64,000 nucleotides of DNA, taken from the NCBI RefSeq assembly GCF_036321535.1, contig NC_087436.1, forward strand, positions 40,240,001 through 40,304,000. The letters run 5' to 3'. The notes under the pieces are model-generated. The model searched no databases and was not told the origin of the DNA. It saw nothing but the letters and a program-made list of their open reading frames with translations. Both the position numbers and the translations under genes were made by a program. The DNA comes from Camelus dromedarius (lineage: Eukaryota). Of the stretch, positions 51,961 to 64,000 are shown in pieces (the first letter of the stretch is position 1; every line of letters begins with the position of its first letter).

Positions 51961-54900
51961 AGATGACCTCTCAGATCCTTCACAATTTCAAAGTTAGTAT
52001 TTAGAACTCTATCATTACTCATAGATATTATTTCTGTTGCATTTTCCTGTTATTCAATGACGATAAAGATCTTCTTTCTGTTAGTTATTCCACAGAGATT
52101 TTTTTTATTTCTCAGAATTACATATTTTAAACTGTATACACACATTGACATGTAGGAAAACATATCTTAAATGATCATGAAAATAAAACATGATTAGCAC
52201 GGACACAGTGAAAGTCATAGGTTACATGTAGTCGCCATCACTTCAGATATTTTTTAACAGACCATGAACTCCCACAGTTTTCCTTCCACAACTAAACCTT
52301 TTCTCCTCAAAGTTAGAAGCCTCAGTGAGATTTCTGGTTTGTGAAATTGCAGATAAGTCAGTTCTCTTCTTAGCCAGTTAATTAAAAGTTAGAATAAACT
52401 TATAAGTGACTTAGACATTATAAAATCTAAAAACAAATTAAAATGGAGTTGTATTTATGCTTCAGCAATAACACTAAATAAAATATTCTTCTGCTTAACC
52501 CCAAACATGGCCAAGTTTATATTGCAATTTTTATTAATATTAATTTTCATTAATGTTAGCTTTCAGTGCTCTTTGTGTGTGTGTGTGTACACATGTGTAT
52601 CTATATATCCGACTATATCTAATTTAGTATGTCTCTTCATCTGTCATTCAAAATTAGTATTAATTTATTTTGACCATATTATATATTTTTAATGTCAAAT
52701 AAAATTAGATTGATATTTTAATTTTTTAAAGAGATGGGTTACACATTTTTTAATATACTTTCATAAATACTTCTCACATTATCTCATTTTTCTACCTCTG
52801 TTACTGTTTGATTTGCTCAAAGCTCCACAACATTTCTCCTAATAAATAGCAACCCTCTCCACCCAGTATCTCTGCTTCTATTCTTAACTCATCAAATTAA
52901 TTATCCACTTAGCTACCAGAATAATATTGTTTAAAGAATCAAGTTTTATTATTTAATCTCCAGTAAAATAATTGTAGGCCCACAAGATTAAAAAGTCCAA
53001 TGTTTTTTCCCTAGTACATCAAAACTGGTACCTGTCTATACTGTCAGGCTTAGCTGCTTCTCCACTGCTTAGCGTATCAACCACAAACCAGCTGCTTGGA
53101 AATGTTCCTTTGTTGACTGTGTTTTCTCTTCTGTATCTTCATTTGTGGCTATCATGTGACAGGCTCACATTCTCTTTTTTTCTGTTTCTAGAAAGTGTAG
53201 CCCAATCCATCCATCGTGTCTTTCTCCACCACACACACACACAAATCTTACAACTCTGTTACTAGACTTTAACCTCTTTGAAGAAGAGAAATTTAATTCT
53301 TTCTAACTTGTATATTTATTATCCACAAATATGTACTTCATATATATATGAAAAAACATAAATTTTCCCTCTTTAAGTCATCCTTATAATAAAAAAGATC
53401 ATACTATTTAGGAAACATTTTATTAAAAGTTATTAAAGAATGATGCTATAATTTATACTGATTTCAAAGTAAATTTTAAAAATTAGTATCTGTTTTATGT
53501 CAAGTAGTATTTAAAACCATAGGGAAATCCAGCATGCAATTACTAAGTATTTTAAATATATTAAGCAAAATAAAGAAAATTTTAGATTAGAAAACAGAAT
53601 ATTTCCAAAGAATATAATGGCATTATTTTATAGTATAGTAAAATTTATATACTTTAGCTGTTAAAAATTGGCCATCTATTTACTAATATAATGCTTTATA
53701 TAAGCAAGGACTATACTCTCTGGAAATGTGAGCCATTTATTTTGTTTTCAATTCCGTATGCAAATAACTCTTTCACCTCCAAAATTAGGATAAATACATT
53801 TATCTGTTAATACTAATACTGCTTCCTCCTATTTGCCTGCATCAGCCTCAGGTTCAATTGCTAACATCACAATGGGAGATAATAAAGTGATTGAAAATGT
53901 ACAGTTTTGTATATGGTCATGAATGAGGTAATCAGACACATAAATGTAAATTTAAATCAGAGTAAATGTAACAATTTTTTAAAGGGAAATTAACTCCTCT
54001 TTTCACATTGTCAGGTTTTCTTCGGTCTGTGCAGAAAATGAATTGGTGTCATAAATCTAGAGGCAGCCAAAAATACAAGCCCACGTATAACATCCTACTT
54101 ATGCAAATAGTGCATCTGTTGCTGTGTGAGCTGGCCAAGACTATTTCCAACTAGACTTATACACCCACAACACCATGAGGATTAAATCAATCAAAACCAC
54201 ATTCTACTAGAAATAATAAAAAATCTTAATATATTCATGTAATATAATTATGCACAACCATCTTCTGAAGTGTTTTAATTACCCAGTACATTTGAATGCC
54301 AATTCATATTTTGACTACCAATAGCCAGTTGGCCACAAAAATGACTTTATCTCTGCATTTCTAGTATCTTTATATTTTCAGTATTTTTATTTTCTGAAAC
54401 TGTTTTAACATATTCAACATACTAACTTTTTTTCTATTCCAACTATATTAAAACTCTTCCATTATTTAACTACCAAATTTGGAAATTAAATTAAGGGTAG
54501 CAAAATATGAGATTTTTCTTACATTTAAATATTACATAGAACCAATTTATTCATTTTATATAAAAGAAAACCTTATTTATAGATGTAATATGCTTTATTT
54601 TATATATGGTTAAAATAATGCTTACGATGTCAATGTAAATAATGTTTTGTTTAAAAATGCATTTTACTTATGTTATTAAAATAAGTCTCACAACCACTCT
54701 ATGAAGGAAATAGATTAACTTTTAATTTTTTTACCAAGTAGCAAGTGGGAAACACACTCTCTTAGTAAATGATGTAATCTAAACTCAAAACAAAGTTTTC
54801 TGAATTCAGAAACAACAGCTTGAACCATGCTGCATGAAGCCACTAGGTTTGTTCTACAATCAATGTTTGTAAGTTTGCTTATTTGCTGACTTAATAACAA

Positions 54901-55299
54901 CAAAGTAATTAATGTCTATCAGTTAATAATAAGTAATTATTACATTATTTGCAGAGTAAATTACTCATAGGATAAACTGATTCTAGTGCCTATTTTGGTC
55001 TTGACATTATTCAGTAACAAATTGTGTTAATAATTACTAGATTATGTAATTTATGAAAATTCTTTAAATGTCAACTTTTCTTTATATTTATATTTTATTT
55101 TATTTTATATTGTACTTCATATTTTATATAAAATAAAACCAATGTATTTTATATATTGATGTATATTTTACTCCCATAGACTTCTAAGACTACCTACTAC
55201 AACAGCTCTTTACCTAAAAGCATAATACTTTTATATCAATAACTGATAAGAGACAGAAGTTACTGTATTTTCTTTTTAATTATAGGATAAGTTTTTAAG

Positions 55300-56330
55300 G
55301 AAAAGTGGACAAAGTGATAAGAGATGCATGCAATATTTTTTGCAAGGTGGCAAGAGGAATTCATGGAGGTAAGTGAGGTATAGCATTTTAAACTAAAAAC
55401 AAAGTAGTGGCAAAAATTCTGAGACAGGAAGATGCTTCATATAATGAAGAAGTAAGTCCCATTAAATTTGGAGTCCAGACTGGGCTTGGGGAGAAGAATG
55501 AAATAGGGAACATATTAGAAAACTGATGAAGGGAAAAAAAACACAACTGCTAAAGATGATGGTGTTATGGACAGGGATAAGTAATGAACTGACTGGAAAC
55601 TGGTCTAATCAGAACATATTTGAAACTGGATTTACTAATGGATGTGAACGAGAAAGATGTTAGAAATGGAGGAGTCAACAATAACATGAAGGTGTTGCCC
55701 TGTGAAATTATAAACTGCAGTAATTAGAGCAATCTAGAAATGGGATTTTTTTTGTTTTTGTTTTTAAGAGGAGGGTAGAGTTCAGTAATAGATGGCTATT
55801 AATTATTTAAATGGAGTCAAGCAGGAAGTTAGGTGTATGAGTATAAATGTCAGGAAGAGGTCTGAGCTGTATGTATGACTTTGGAAATGCTTAGAAAAGA
55901 GATGATATTTAATGACATGGACTGGATGGAACTATCCAACCAGTATTGGAGATGCAGAAGGAAGAACTAAGGACTGATTTCTCAGAATTTTTCTTATTTG
56001 GAAATCTAACAAAGGGGATTGAGAAGAAGTAGCCAGTGAGGTTATAGAATAGAAAGTTAAATAGCGTTGGGGGTAAAACTAAGAAAATACTTCAAGAAAA
56101 GAACGATTAACAGGGTTTAACATGGCAAATGGGACAAAAGAATGAAGGCAAAGAAATGACTACTTGATTAAGTAATGTGGAACCCTATGGTGATGTTGAA
56201 AAGCATAGCTTCAGTAGAATGAAAAAGACGGAAACTGGTTAAGTGGGTCCAATGTACAAATGGAGGAGCACAAGTGTAAACAGAAAATACACAACTCTAA
56301 CAGGATTTTTTACTGTTAAATGAAAAACAG
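55300..56330 (-). mobile_element. L2 relic
   Basis: 'aggagtcaacaataac', 'caggaagaggtctgagctg', 'gattgagaagaagtagccagtgaggt', 'cttcagtagaatga'. Confidence 0.75.
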
Positions 56331-56427
56331 TGTAGCATTTAAGGATAGAAGACTGATAATCTCCAAATATGATTTGTCTTCCCCTTTACTTCCATCAATT
56401 TTTGCTTTATGTTTACTACAGTGCCTC

Positions 56428-57107
56428 TGTAACTGAACAGGGCCCTGCCCCTTGGGGCTTTTTAGAGACAGATCCCTTCCCCGCATGTCCTCTGCCTGCC
56501 TCTTTTTTATAGAAGAGCAGTAGTCTCCCAGGCCTTCCCTGAGTTACAAAAGCCTGGCCCAAAAATTAATGATTAAAAGGATGTGAACATATAAGCAACA
56601 AGAGTAGCAGTTGGGCCAGGAGAACTGGTAACAATTAAAAAAAAAAATTAGCCTATGGCAGTCACAGAATCTTTAGTTCCTCCCTGAGGTACACAGATAA
56701 CAGTAACTGATGCACAGTCCTGAGTTGTTTGACAGATACTGAAACCCCTACCAAATGGAAGAAGTTAACTACATGTTGATTATGAGCATGTAGCCCCTAG
56801 ATTGGCTAGAACCAGAGGATTAATTATGTTAACCCTTGTGTCACTGCCTTGTTACCCCATCATCAGCCAGTCAGAGAATTATGCGCAAGCTGATCACATA
56901 CCCTGTGACTCCCCCTCTCATCTTGCCTTTAAAAATGCTTGCCTGAAATCCATTGGGCAGTACAGAATTTTTTTACCATTAGCTGCCCTAGACTGCTTGT
57001 CTGGCACCTACAATAAAAGCTACACTTTCCTTCACCACAACCCAGTGTCAGTAAATTGGCTTTACTGCTCATAGGTGAACAGACTCAAGTTTGGTTCTAT
57101 TATAACA
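56428..57107 (+). mobile_element. Solo LTR, class I ERV (ERV1), inserted in an old minus-strand L1 relic
   Basis: TGTAAC...TAACA termini with exact 4-bp TSD cctc (56424-56427 / 57108-57111). TATA-like tttaaaaa at ~56928 and aataaa at ~57012. Confidence 0.93.
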
Positions 57108-57111
57108 CCTC

Positions 57112-59400
57112 TAATAGATATATAAACACGTATGATTTTTTATGCCTTCTTAATTCATTTATTCTTTTATCTAATTGTATCTAACATTTTCTTTTCTATT
57201 AAGTGAATATTTTAAAGTATGATAATTTCTTTAATGATTTCTTTCACTTTTTTTGTATTTTCCTAGGAGTTGCACTAAGGCATACCAAATACATATTAAC
57301 TGATCAGAACCTATTTAGATTTATACTAAGTTAATTCCAATGAGAAATTAAAAAATTATTTCTATATAGTTTTATTTCCCCTTCTTCTTTTGTATTATTT
57401 TTGATAGAATTATTACATGTATGTATGTTATAATCTAAAAATAGATTTTAAAATTTATTTATATGTTATAACTATTAATGAACTTGAGAGAAAAAAGGAA
57501 AACAAATATATATTTATAGATTTGTTATATTAATCTCAAATATTTCTTATTTTTCTTTATTTTATAAAATCAGTTCTTTGAGTATCTTTCTCTGAAAATG
57601 AGTGTGGAAGGCAAAATGTTTTAATCCCTAACAGGATGGAAATATAATATTATTGATAAATCATTATTCATTCTTTAATCACATCCCCTTTCTTCACCTG
57701 CTAAGGTAACTATTATCTTGTATTTTATGTTAATAATTTTTATTGGTTTTATAATTTTAGCACCTGTATAAAAATCCTTAAGCAATTTATTATTTCTTAT
57801 ATCTCATTTTGAATAATAAATGCAATAACTGTGAATTTGTCTATGATATTTTTATTCAGCATTTTAACTTTTAAATATATTCATGTAGGTATGAGTGGCT
57901 TTTATTATGCACTGATGATTTTATTATGCACTGATCTTATTAATTGTAGATTTTATAGAGAATTTTTGTTATTATTAAAAGAAATGCTACTTTGAATAAT
58001 GTTATACTGCCTCCCAAAGCACATGTTTAAGAATTCTTCAGGGATTTTATTCATGAGTGAAATTGCTGGGACTCAAAGCTATGTTCATGTTGAACTTTAC
58101 TAGCTATTTTAGCCAGGCTTCTTTTGAAATTGGAGCCTGGAGCAATGATTACAAATGAACATTTTGAGATGTGCCAGAGCTGGACAGTTATGGTAAAGGC
58201 AAAAGAATTGTGAGGTAAAGTGTGGTTTCTGGCCAGCAGAAGTCCCACCGAGATGGAATGAATTACTCAAGACTTGTGGAAAACTCAAGAGAGCGAGAGA
58301 GAGTCTGGAGCTAACTTCTCAAGCCTCTCAAATCTCCCATATTTACTGAGTACAGTCAAAGGAGGAATGCAGGAATTTAGGGAAGGACAGGGTGGGATCA
58401 CAATGAGTACAAAGGCTTTGTTTATTGTTGGTGTTTAGCTCAGGGTCAGAAGATCCTTTTTGGTGAATCATGTTCATGTTGAGCCTTTAGGTTTATCAGG
58501 GCGGAACGTATGAGAATCAGCTGCTTAACAACTTTGACTCAGGCAGCCGTGCCTGTCTTAGGTTGCCCCCCTCAGGGGATCTTACCCATCATTGGCTAAC
58601 CAGCCTTCTCACCTCTCAGTCTGCAGCTTCTTACCATTCCAGCCCAAGGCTGTTTTGGGGATAGAAGACTAACACCAGGCATGCCCAGCGTTTATAGCCG
58701 GGGGCCTGGATCATTGCTAAAACCACAAGGCAGTTACTAAGCTGTCTTCTTTAAGGAGATAAGCAGCTGGGATCTGTTACAATTTGTTAACCTAATCATA
58801 GGCTCCCACAGTAAAGAATGATGTCAAACAGTACATACTCTGTGGTTAATTGCTTTAAAAATGTAACAAAAATTCATAGTAGTTGTCTTAGCAAGCATGT
58901 TCCCTGCAAATTCTCTAGAAAGGTTTAAAAGGGAACATGGAGTATGCTTGGTTATCCTCCGACCATGAATATATAAGAAATTTTGTTGTTTTACAATCTT
59001 ATCAATGATTTTTATGAAATCAACTTTTGAGTATTTTTTCTAGGTTGATGGGTATAACAAAACTTCTCTTTATCACTTAGTTCACACTTCAGCAACTGTT
59101 TTATTTTCCAAAGATTATAGTCCATTTACACTTTTCTTTACTGTGAGATGACTCATCATATCTTTGCCAATTATTTATGGATTCTTTATCATTTTTTCCC
59201 ATTGATATGTAGAAGTATTTATTCTGGTTACCTAAAACCTTGGTCAGTGTATTTATTACAAAAATAATTTTCCTGTATGTAACTTGACTTTTTACTTTCT
59301 AAAATGCTGTAGTAGTAAGATGTACACAATTTTACAAAAATGACATTGGATTTTGTCTATGATTGAAATAATCATTTTTCAGGAAATTCTAAATTAGAGG
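57112..59400 (-). mobile_element. Fragmented old L1 (L1MC/L1ME-type) relics hosting the LTR at 58221
   Basis: 'gaggtaactattatc'-like segment 'aaggtaactattatcttgtattttatg', 'gagtgaaattgctggg', 'catcatatctttgccaatt'. Confidence 0.6.
58221..58810 (-). mobile_element. Solo LTR, class II ERV (betaretrovirus-like, ERV2)
   Basis: TG...CA termini; the minus strand starts tgtgggag. Exact 6-bp TSD gtaaag (58215-58220 / 58811-58816) and a minus-strand AGTAAA near 58343. Confidence 0.9.
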
Positions 59401-60485
59401 TTTTAAAACATTTTCACATGGATATATAAATGATTTGCCCTAGTTTAAGAGAGAAGTCATTACAATATATGATTTACTAAAAAAAAAAACTTGTTATTTT
59501 AAAGTAAACATATGTATTCAGTTTTCTTTATTTACAATCCTTACATGTATAGCACATATACTCATGATAAGGAGAGGCGAATTTCTCTTTTCTTGGAATT
59601 CGTTATGATTTTCATAGCTGCTTAGCTCATTTGGATAAGTCCATTATTTTGTCGCTAAACTGAATAATATTTAATTTAATCTGAAAACTTGTTAACTTCA
59701 GCCTGAGTTAATTAGCTATCTAATCACAATTTCTGAGAATAAAGTAGCTTGTTGGTGGGGAGATTTGTCACCTCACAAAGGAAAATCACTATTATAGTTG
59801 CCAACATTTTAATTCTTTCAACTTAAGCCTGGTGTTTCAGGACCTCTTCATGATCGTACTCCCTCTTAATATTGAAGGTTTATATCTGAATATCATGCTG
59901 TATTCATACTACATTAAGTTTTAAATTTCCCAAACCCAGTAAGATTTAGTCCTTGAATAAAATAAATAATTTATCTATTATATAAAACAAATGTCTCATT
60001 ACAGAGCTACTAAGCAGCTACATTCTTCATAATAAAAATGATGTTGCTATAATTAACACTATGAGTTAGGAAAAATTAGAATTTGCAAATAACATTCCCA
60101 TTTGAGCAAATCCCTTTTATTTTTTTTTTAAACATTACTATTTAGTGGATTAAAAAAAAGAAGCCATGCATGATACGGTAAATGAACTTATTTAAAATAT
60201 CTGAACACTCAATTTGTAAAACACTAAAGCTAATATATGACTATAAGAAATAAAAAATATTCTAAAAATATAGGAAATTATGGTTTGTAGAATTTTGACT
60301 TTGGAGAAAAAAAGTGAAGTGACAATTATGTTAATTTTAAAATTTTAAAAATACACAGTGATTAACCCATTATTCAGTACAATATTCAGTACAAATATGA
60401 AGACCATTAGTTTTTTAGTTTGAATTTTAATTTATATGAGTAATTTGATAATAATGAGGAAACATCTTAAAAGACAAAAAATTGA

Positions 60486-60575
60486 ATATACCTATATCTA
60501 TATTTATATATATGTGTGTGTATATATATACACACACACATACAGATACAGATATATATCTGTATTATATCTGTG
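60486..60575. repeat. Palindromic (TG)n(TA)n(CA)n microsatellite
   Basis: tatgtgtgtgtatatatatacacacacacata, followed by tacagatatatatctgta. Confidence 0.9.
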
Positions 60576-60810
60576 GCTGTATCTTGCAAGCTTCCAGAAA
60601 TGCAGATAAATAATCAAAATTGCTATTTAAAACATTATACTTGTTTTGAGAAACTTATATTAACATCAGATAAAATTACTGTATAATAGCCTCCTTTATT
60701 TTCTCTTTTATTTTCATGCATTTTTCTAACAATTGTATTTGACTAATTATGCGTCTCATTTTTATTTCAAGAACAGTGTTAAGGAAAGGCAGTATACTTA
60801 CATTTTAGAA

Positions 60811-61008
60811 TTGGACAATGTGATAGTCAGAGCCACATGTGGCTATTTATATTTAATTAAAATTAAATACAATTTAAAATTTAGTGTCTCAGTTCAAATG
60901 GTCATATTTCAAGTGCCCAATAGTCATCAACTGCTGATGGCTATCATACTGGAAAGAGTATATATAGACTATTTCCATTATTGCAGAAAATGTTGTTGGT
61001 CAGCACTG
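60811..61008 (-). mobile_element. MER3/MER33 (hAT-Charlie) relic
   Basis: 'agccacatgtggctattta...atttcaagtgcccaatag...catttccattattgcagaaa'-type segments, with flanks ttttagaa / ttctaaaa. Confidence 0.85.
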
Positions 61009-61071
61009 TTCTAAAAGTAACCAAATACAATGATGAACAGTTAAACTAGTGATACGAAAGGAATAGAAAAA

Positions 61072-61315
61072 TGGCAATATAATAAAGTGATTGAGAAACC
61101 AGGCTATAAAGTAGGATATATAGTTTGAATTCTGGTTCAAGCATTTACAAACTGTGGAGCATTGAGAAAATCACTTGACTACTCCTCTGAACCTGTTTCC
61201 TTACTGATAAAATGAGCCTCAAATTGTCTGTAGCATGCTACTAAAAGGGTTACTTAAAATAATACACACAGCGTGTTTAGTGAATTGGTAAATCCAGAGT
61301 AGACACCCAATTAAA
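61072..61315 (+). mobile_element. MIR relic
   Basis: 'agtttgaattctggttc...ctgtgg...aatcacttgac...ctctgaacctgtttcctt...aaaatgag'. Confidence 0.75.
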
Positions 61316-61739
61316 ATTTTTTTTTACTATTTATTAACCATTTATTTAAAAAGTTATTTATCATATCACAAGAAATATGAAATGGTAGGAGTAGAGAGAC
61401 CCTTAAAAAGCACTAAAGTGATTACTGTTCAACAAATAACCATCACTGCATAATGCTCACAAACAAGCAGTTATATGTTAAAATATGTATTAAAAATATT
61501 TTTCAAAAATTCCTGGATTTTTATTAATTAAATTATTTGATCCCTCCTGTTTTTACCTCAAATTTCTAGTAATATTTTAAAATGAGAATTGTTGAAGAAA
61601 AAGAAAAGAAGTAAATTCACTAATTTATTTAAACAATAGTGAAATAAACACAATAAAATTCCTGCAAATCATAGCCATCTCAAAGAGAAGCAATCAGATT
61701 ACAATCATTAGTCAGACAGACACTGTGCTGACCCTTCTA

Positions 61740-64000
61740 CTTCCTGGGGATCTTTCGAAGCTCAACTGCCTCTTAAAGTAAAACCTTTCAGAATACAGTG
61801 ACTCCATTAGAGTGAATTTTAAGCCTTAATCTTGGCCTGATCTGAGAGCCTGTTGGGCTGCACCCAGCAGCTTCAAGACCAAAGAAAGAGCCCAAAGTCA
61901 GCAACAGAGACATCAATGGTTTCATGGATGGGGGAATCTTACTTGTCTGAAGCAGGGTCCTGGAGCGACTCCCCACCGAGTGCTGCAGGTAGTGGGCAGA
62001 CATGGCGGCAGTCTTTGCTCCCTGGGGCAGGAGATTAGCAGTTATAGGGGGAATTAGCTTCAGGTTGGCTCATTGGTTACCAGGAAAACCAGCAGAGGGG
62101 CATGCCTCTCACCATCCCTTTGATAAGAACCACCACCAGCTGGGGCCTGGGAAAGGTATGTAGAAAGATTAGTCTTGTGAGCAGGTGTAGGTGAAGCAGG
62201 CACTGCTGGAGCAGGGGACATACCAAGAGCAAGAGGACAGCCATCTTGAGTGGCCTGACCATACAGAGCCATTCAAAATTTTTTCCAAAGCTTATACAAG
62301 TTAAATAGAAAACTACAGAATTTATAATAAATCCAAGGATCCTAGATCTACTTTATTTATTTCTATATTTGTAGGCTCTTCAGATAGGAAGAAAAAAAAA
62401 GGCAGAGTGATTAAGATCTGAGAATAACTTGTGTCTCCAAATATCATAGGAAATCAGGGGTTTTAGAAAGACTGGACAACATAGGGAGGGCTATCCACAA
62501 AGTCCTGTGAAAATAAGTAGATGGGTTATTCTGTCATACTGTAGAAAGGATCCTTAACACTTTTATACAGTTGACCCTAACACTGATGTGACTACAATTA
62601 TTTCCTTACATTTGGTGAATATCGTTAACCAAGAAATAGGAAATTTAAGTGTGTAAGAAAAATGGAAATCATAAACTGCCCATTGCTAAATCTCCAACTT
62701 TTTCTAAACATTTGACAGAGCCTCATAACAAAAGCAGAATAAGACAGAATAAACTGGTGGCTTTCAGATTAAACAATTAGATGCCCACACCTAATCTTTA
62801 AACACCAGGGGAGGAAGTCTTTTGATAAAGAAACCTATAGATGTTGTAAGCAAATAGGCTTTGCAGAAAGAATTGAACTATGCCGAAAGACAAAGAAACA
62901 AATAAGGTGGTTCAAAAACAAAGAGGTCCCAAGAGGAGAACAATGATCTGATTCCCCATTTTACACTTAAACTCATAAGATGTTTCTGAAAATATTAAGG
63001 GGAAAACTTGCAAATTACATATTGATGGGATCACTCCTATACCAATCTTAAACTCTTTTTCATTTTACAAACTTTTGGTTATGGTCAGTAATCTACTAAT
63101 GTGATAGATATCTTTCAAAAGTTTTAGACATTTACACATCTCAGGCTGTAATTTTCACCTGCAAACTTTTAATCAAGGGAAATGCTTTCCTCCTTTGTGA
63201 CAGAACATTGGCTAATTTAGGAGAGAGAAATCACCTAAGAAGATGGAATTGCCAGACTGGATGGTACCCTGATGACTTCTTCCTTCAAATCTGAGGACTC
63301 TGTCATAGAGTAGAGGTTAATATGAATATTGATTTGCTGATATCTTTATATCTTAAAAAAATGAAGATCTCCAGGACCTACAGATCCATTAAGGGCCAAA
63401 TATTCTACTCATTTTGACAGAATTACTGAAGCAAAACCTCTCAAGATTCAGATGGACCCATTACAACCCCAATCAAGTTTTTGCAATACTGTCTAAAACA
63501 AATAGCTAAGGAAGTACTAAAATCATTAGCTGATGGCCTAAAGAGAGAGATGCCTCTTCACACCTTGTAGCAAGTCTTATGATACTCCTCTCCTTTCAGC
63601 CAAGAAAACCAATGGAAGAGAGGATAAATTTGTTCAGAACCTCAGGGCCATACATAAAATTGTCAATATTGACTTTTCTGTAGTACAGAATCCAAACACT
63701 ATTTTATCTTCAGGATCAGTTGAGGCTACACATTTTACAGCCGTAATAATGTGTTCTGCTTACTTTAAATGACCTTTTAGATCAAGGTCGTCCACACCTG
63801 TTCATTAGCTCCTGGGCAGTCACAATATATCTAGAATCTCAATCTCAGAAGTTGACTGAGGCACTCTTCTTTCTATAAACCATTAGTAAAAAACTCAAAC
63901 ATCCCCGTAATTTTATACTTATCCAGTATGTGGGTGATCAATGGTTATGTCTGAAGGATGAGCTAAGCTCTAAGATAAATTCCACTGATCTCTTTACTGT
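61740..64000 (+). mobile_element. Decayed class I ERV internal region (gag-pro-pol/RT), running off the window
   Basis: 63575-63769 translates to SYDTPLLSAKKTNGREDKFVQNLRAIHKIVNIDFSVVQNPNTILSSGSVEATHFTAVIMCSAYFK, and 63918-63938 to LIQYVGD (from YVDD). Upstream are LQYCLKQIAKEVLK and gag-like FKP*SWPDLRA|IQNF. Confidence 0.88.
61851..62265 (-). mobile_element. Solo LTR with 5-bp TSD (class III/ERVL-like by TSD length), nested in the ERV gag relic
   Basis: TG...CA termini with exact TSD gagcc (61846-61850 / 62266-62270). Minus-strand CCAAT (~62071) followed by TATAA (~62042). Confidence 0.9.

Noticed and set aside
57900..57935. Short direct duplications (also 2874-2910, 8862-8895, 60370-60393)
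   Set aside because: These are ordinary 12-17-bp slippage duplications, mostly inside decayed repeats.
61788..62272. Overlapping short ORFs, one signal-peptide-like
   Set aside because: All lie within or across the TSD-bounded solo LTR.

Overview
This is AT-rich, CpG-depleted mammalian genomic DNA, either intergenic or deep intronic. It is most likely from a camelid: it carries a Vic-1-type tRNA-derived SINE and cetartiodactyl-type L1 3' UTRs, and I saw no Alu, Bov-tA/BovB or PRE1. No protein-coding gene could be recognised. The ORF track consists of decayed L1 ORF2 pieces and chance ORFs. The window is a layered record of transposons: old L2/MIR/MLT1/MER/Tigger relics, two 5'-truncated L1s, several miniature L1 insertions (two with 5' inversions), a tailless U6 retrocopy, and four solo LTRs with exact 4-, 4-, 6- and 5-bp target-site duplications (TSDs). 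A decayed class I ERV gag-pol region runs off the right edge; its RT motifs are readable but absent from the ORF track. Non-repeat signals are two CpG-retaining patches (~10.4-10.7 kb and ~26.7-27.0 kb) and several + strand exon-like segments, all unproven. I found no convincing evidence of a new biological system. Repeat family names are from memory of consensus sequences, not a database search, and boundaries without TSDs are approximate.
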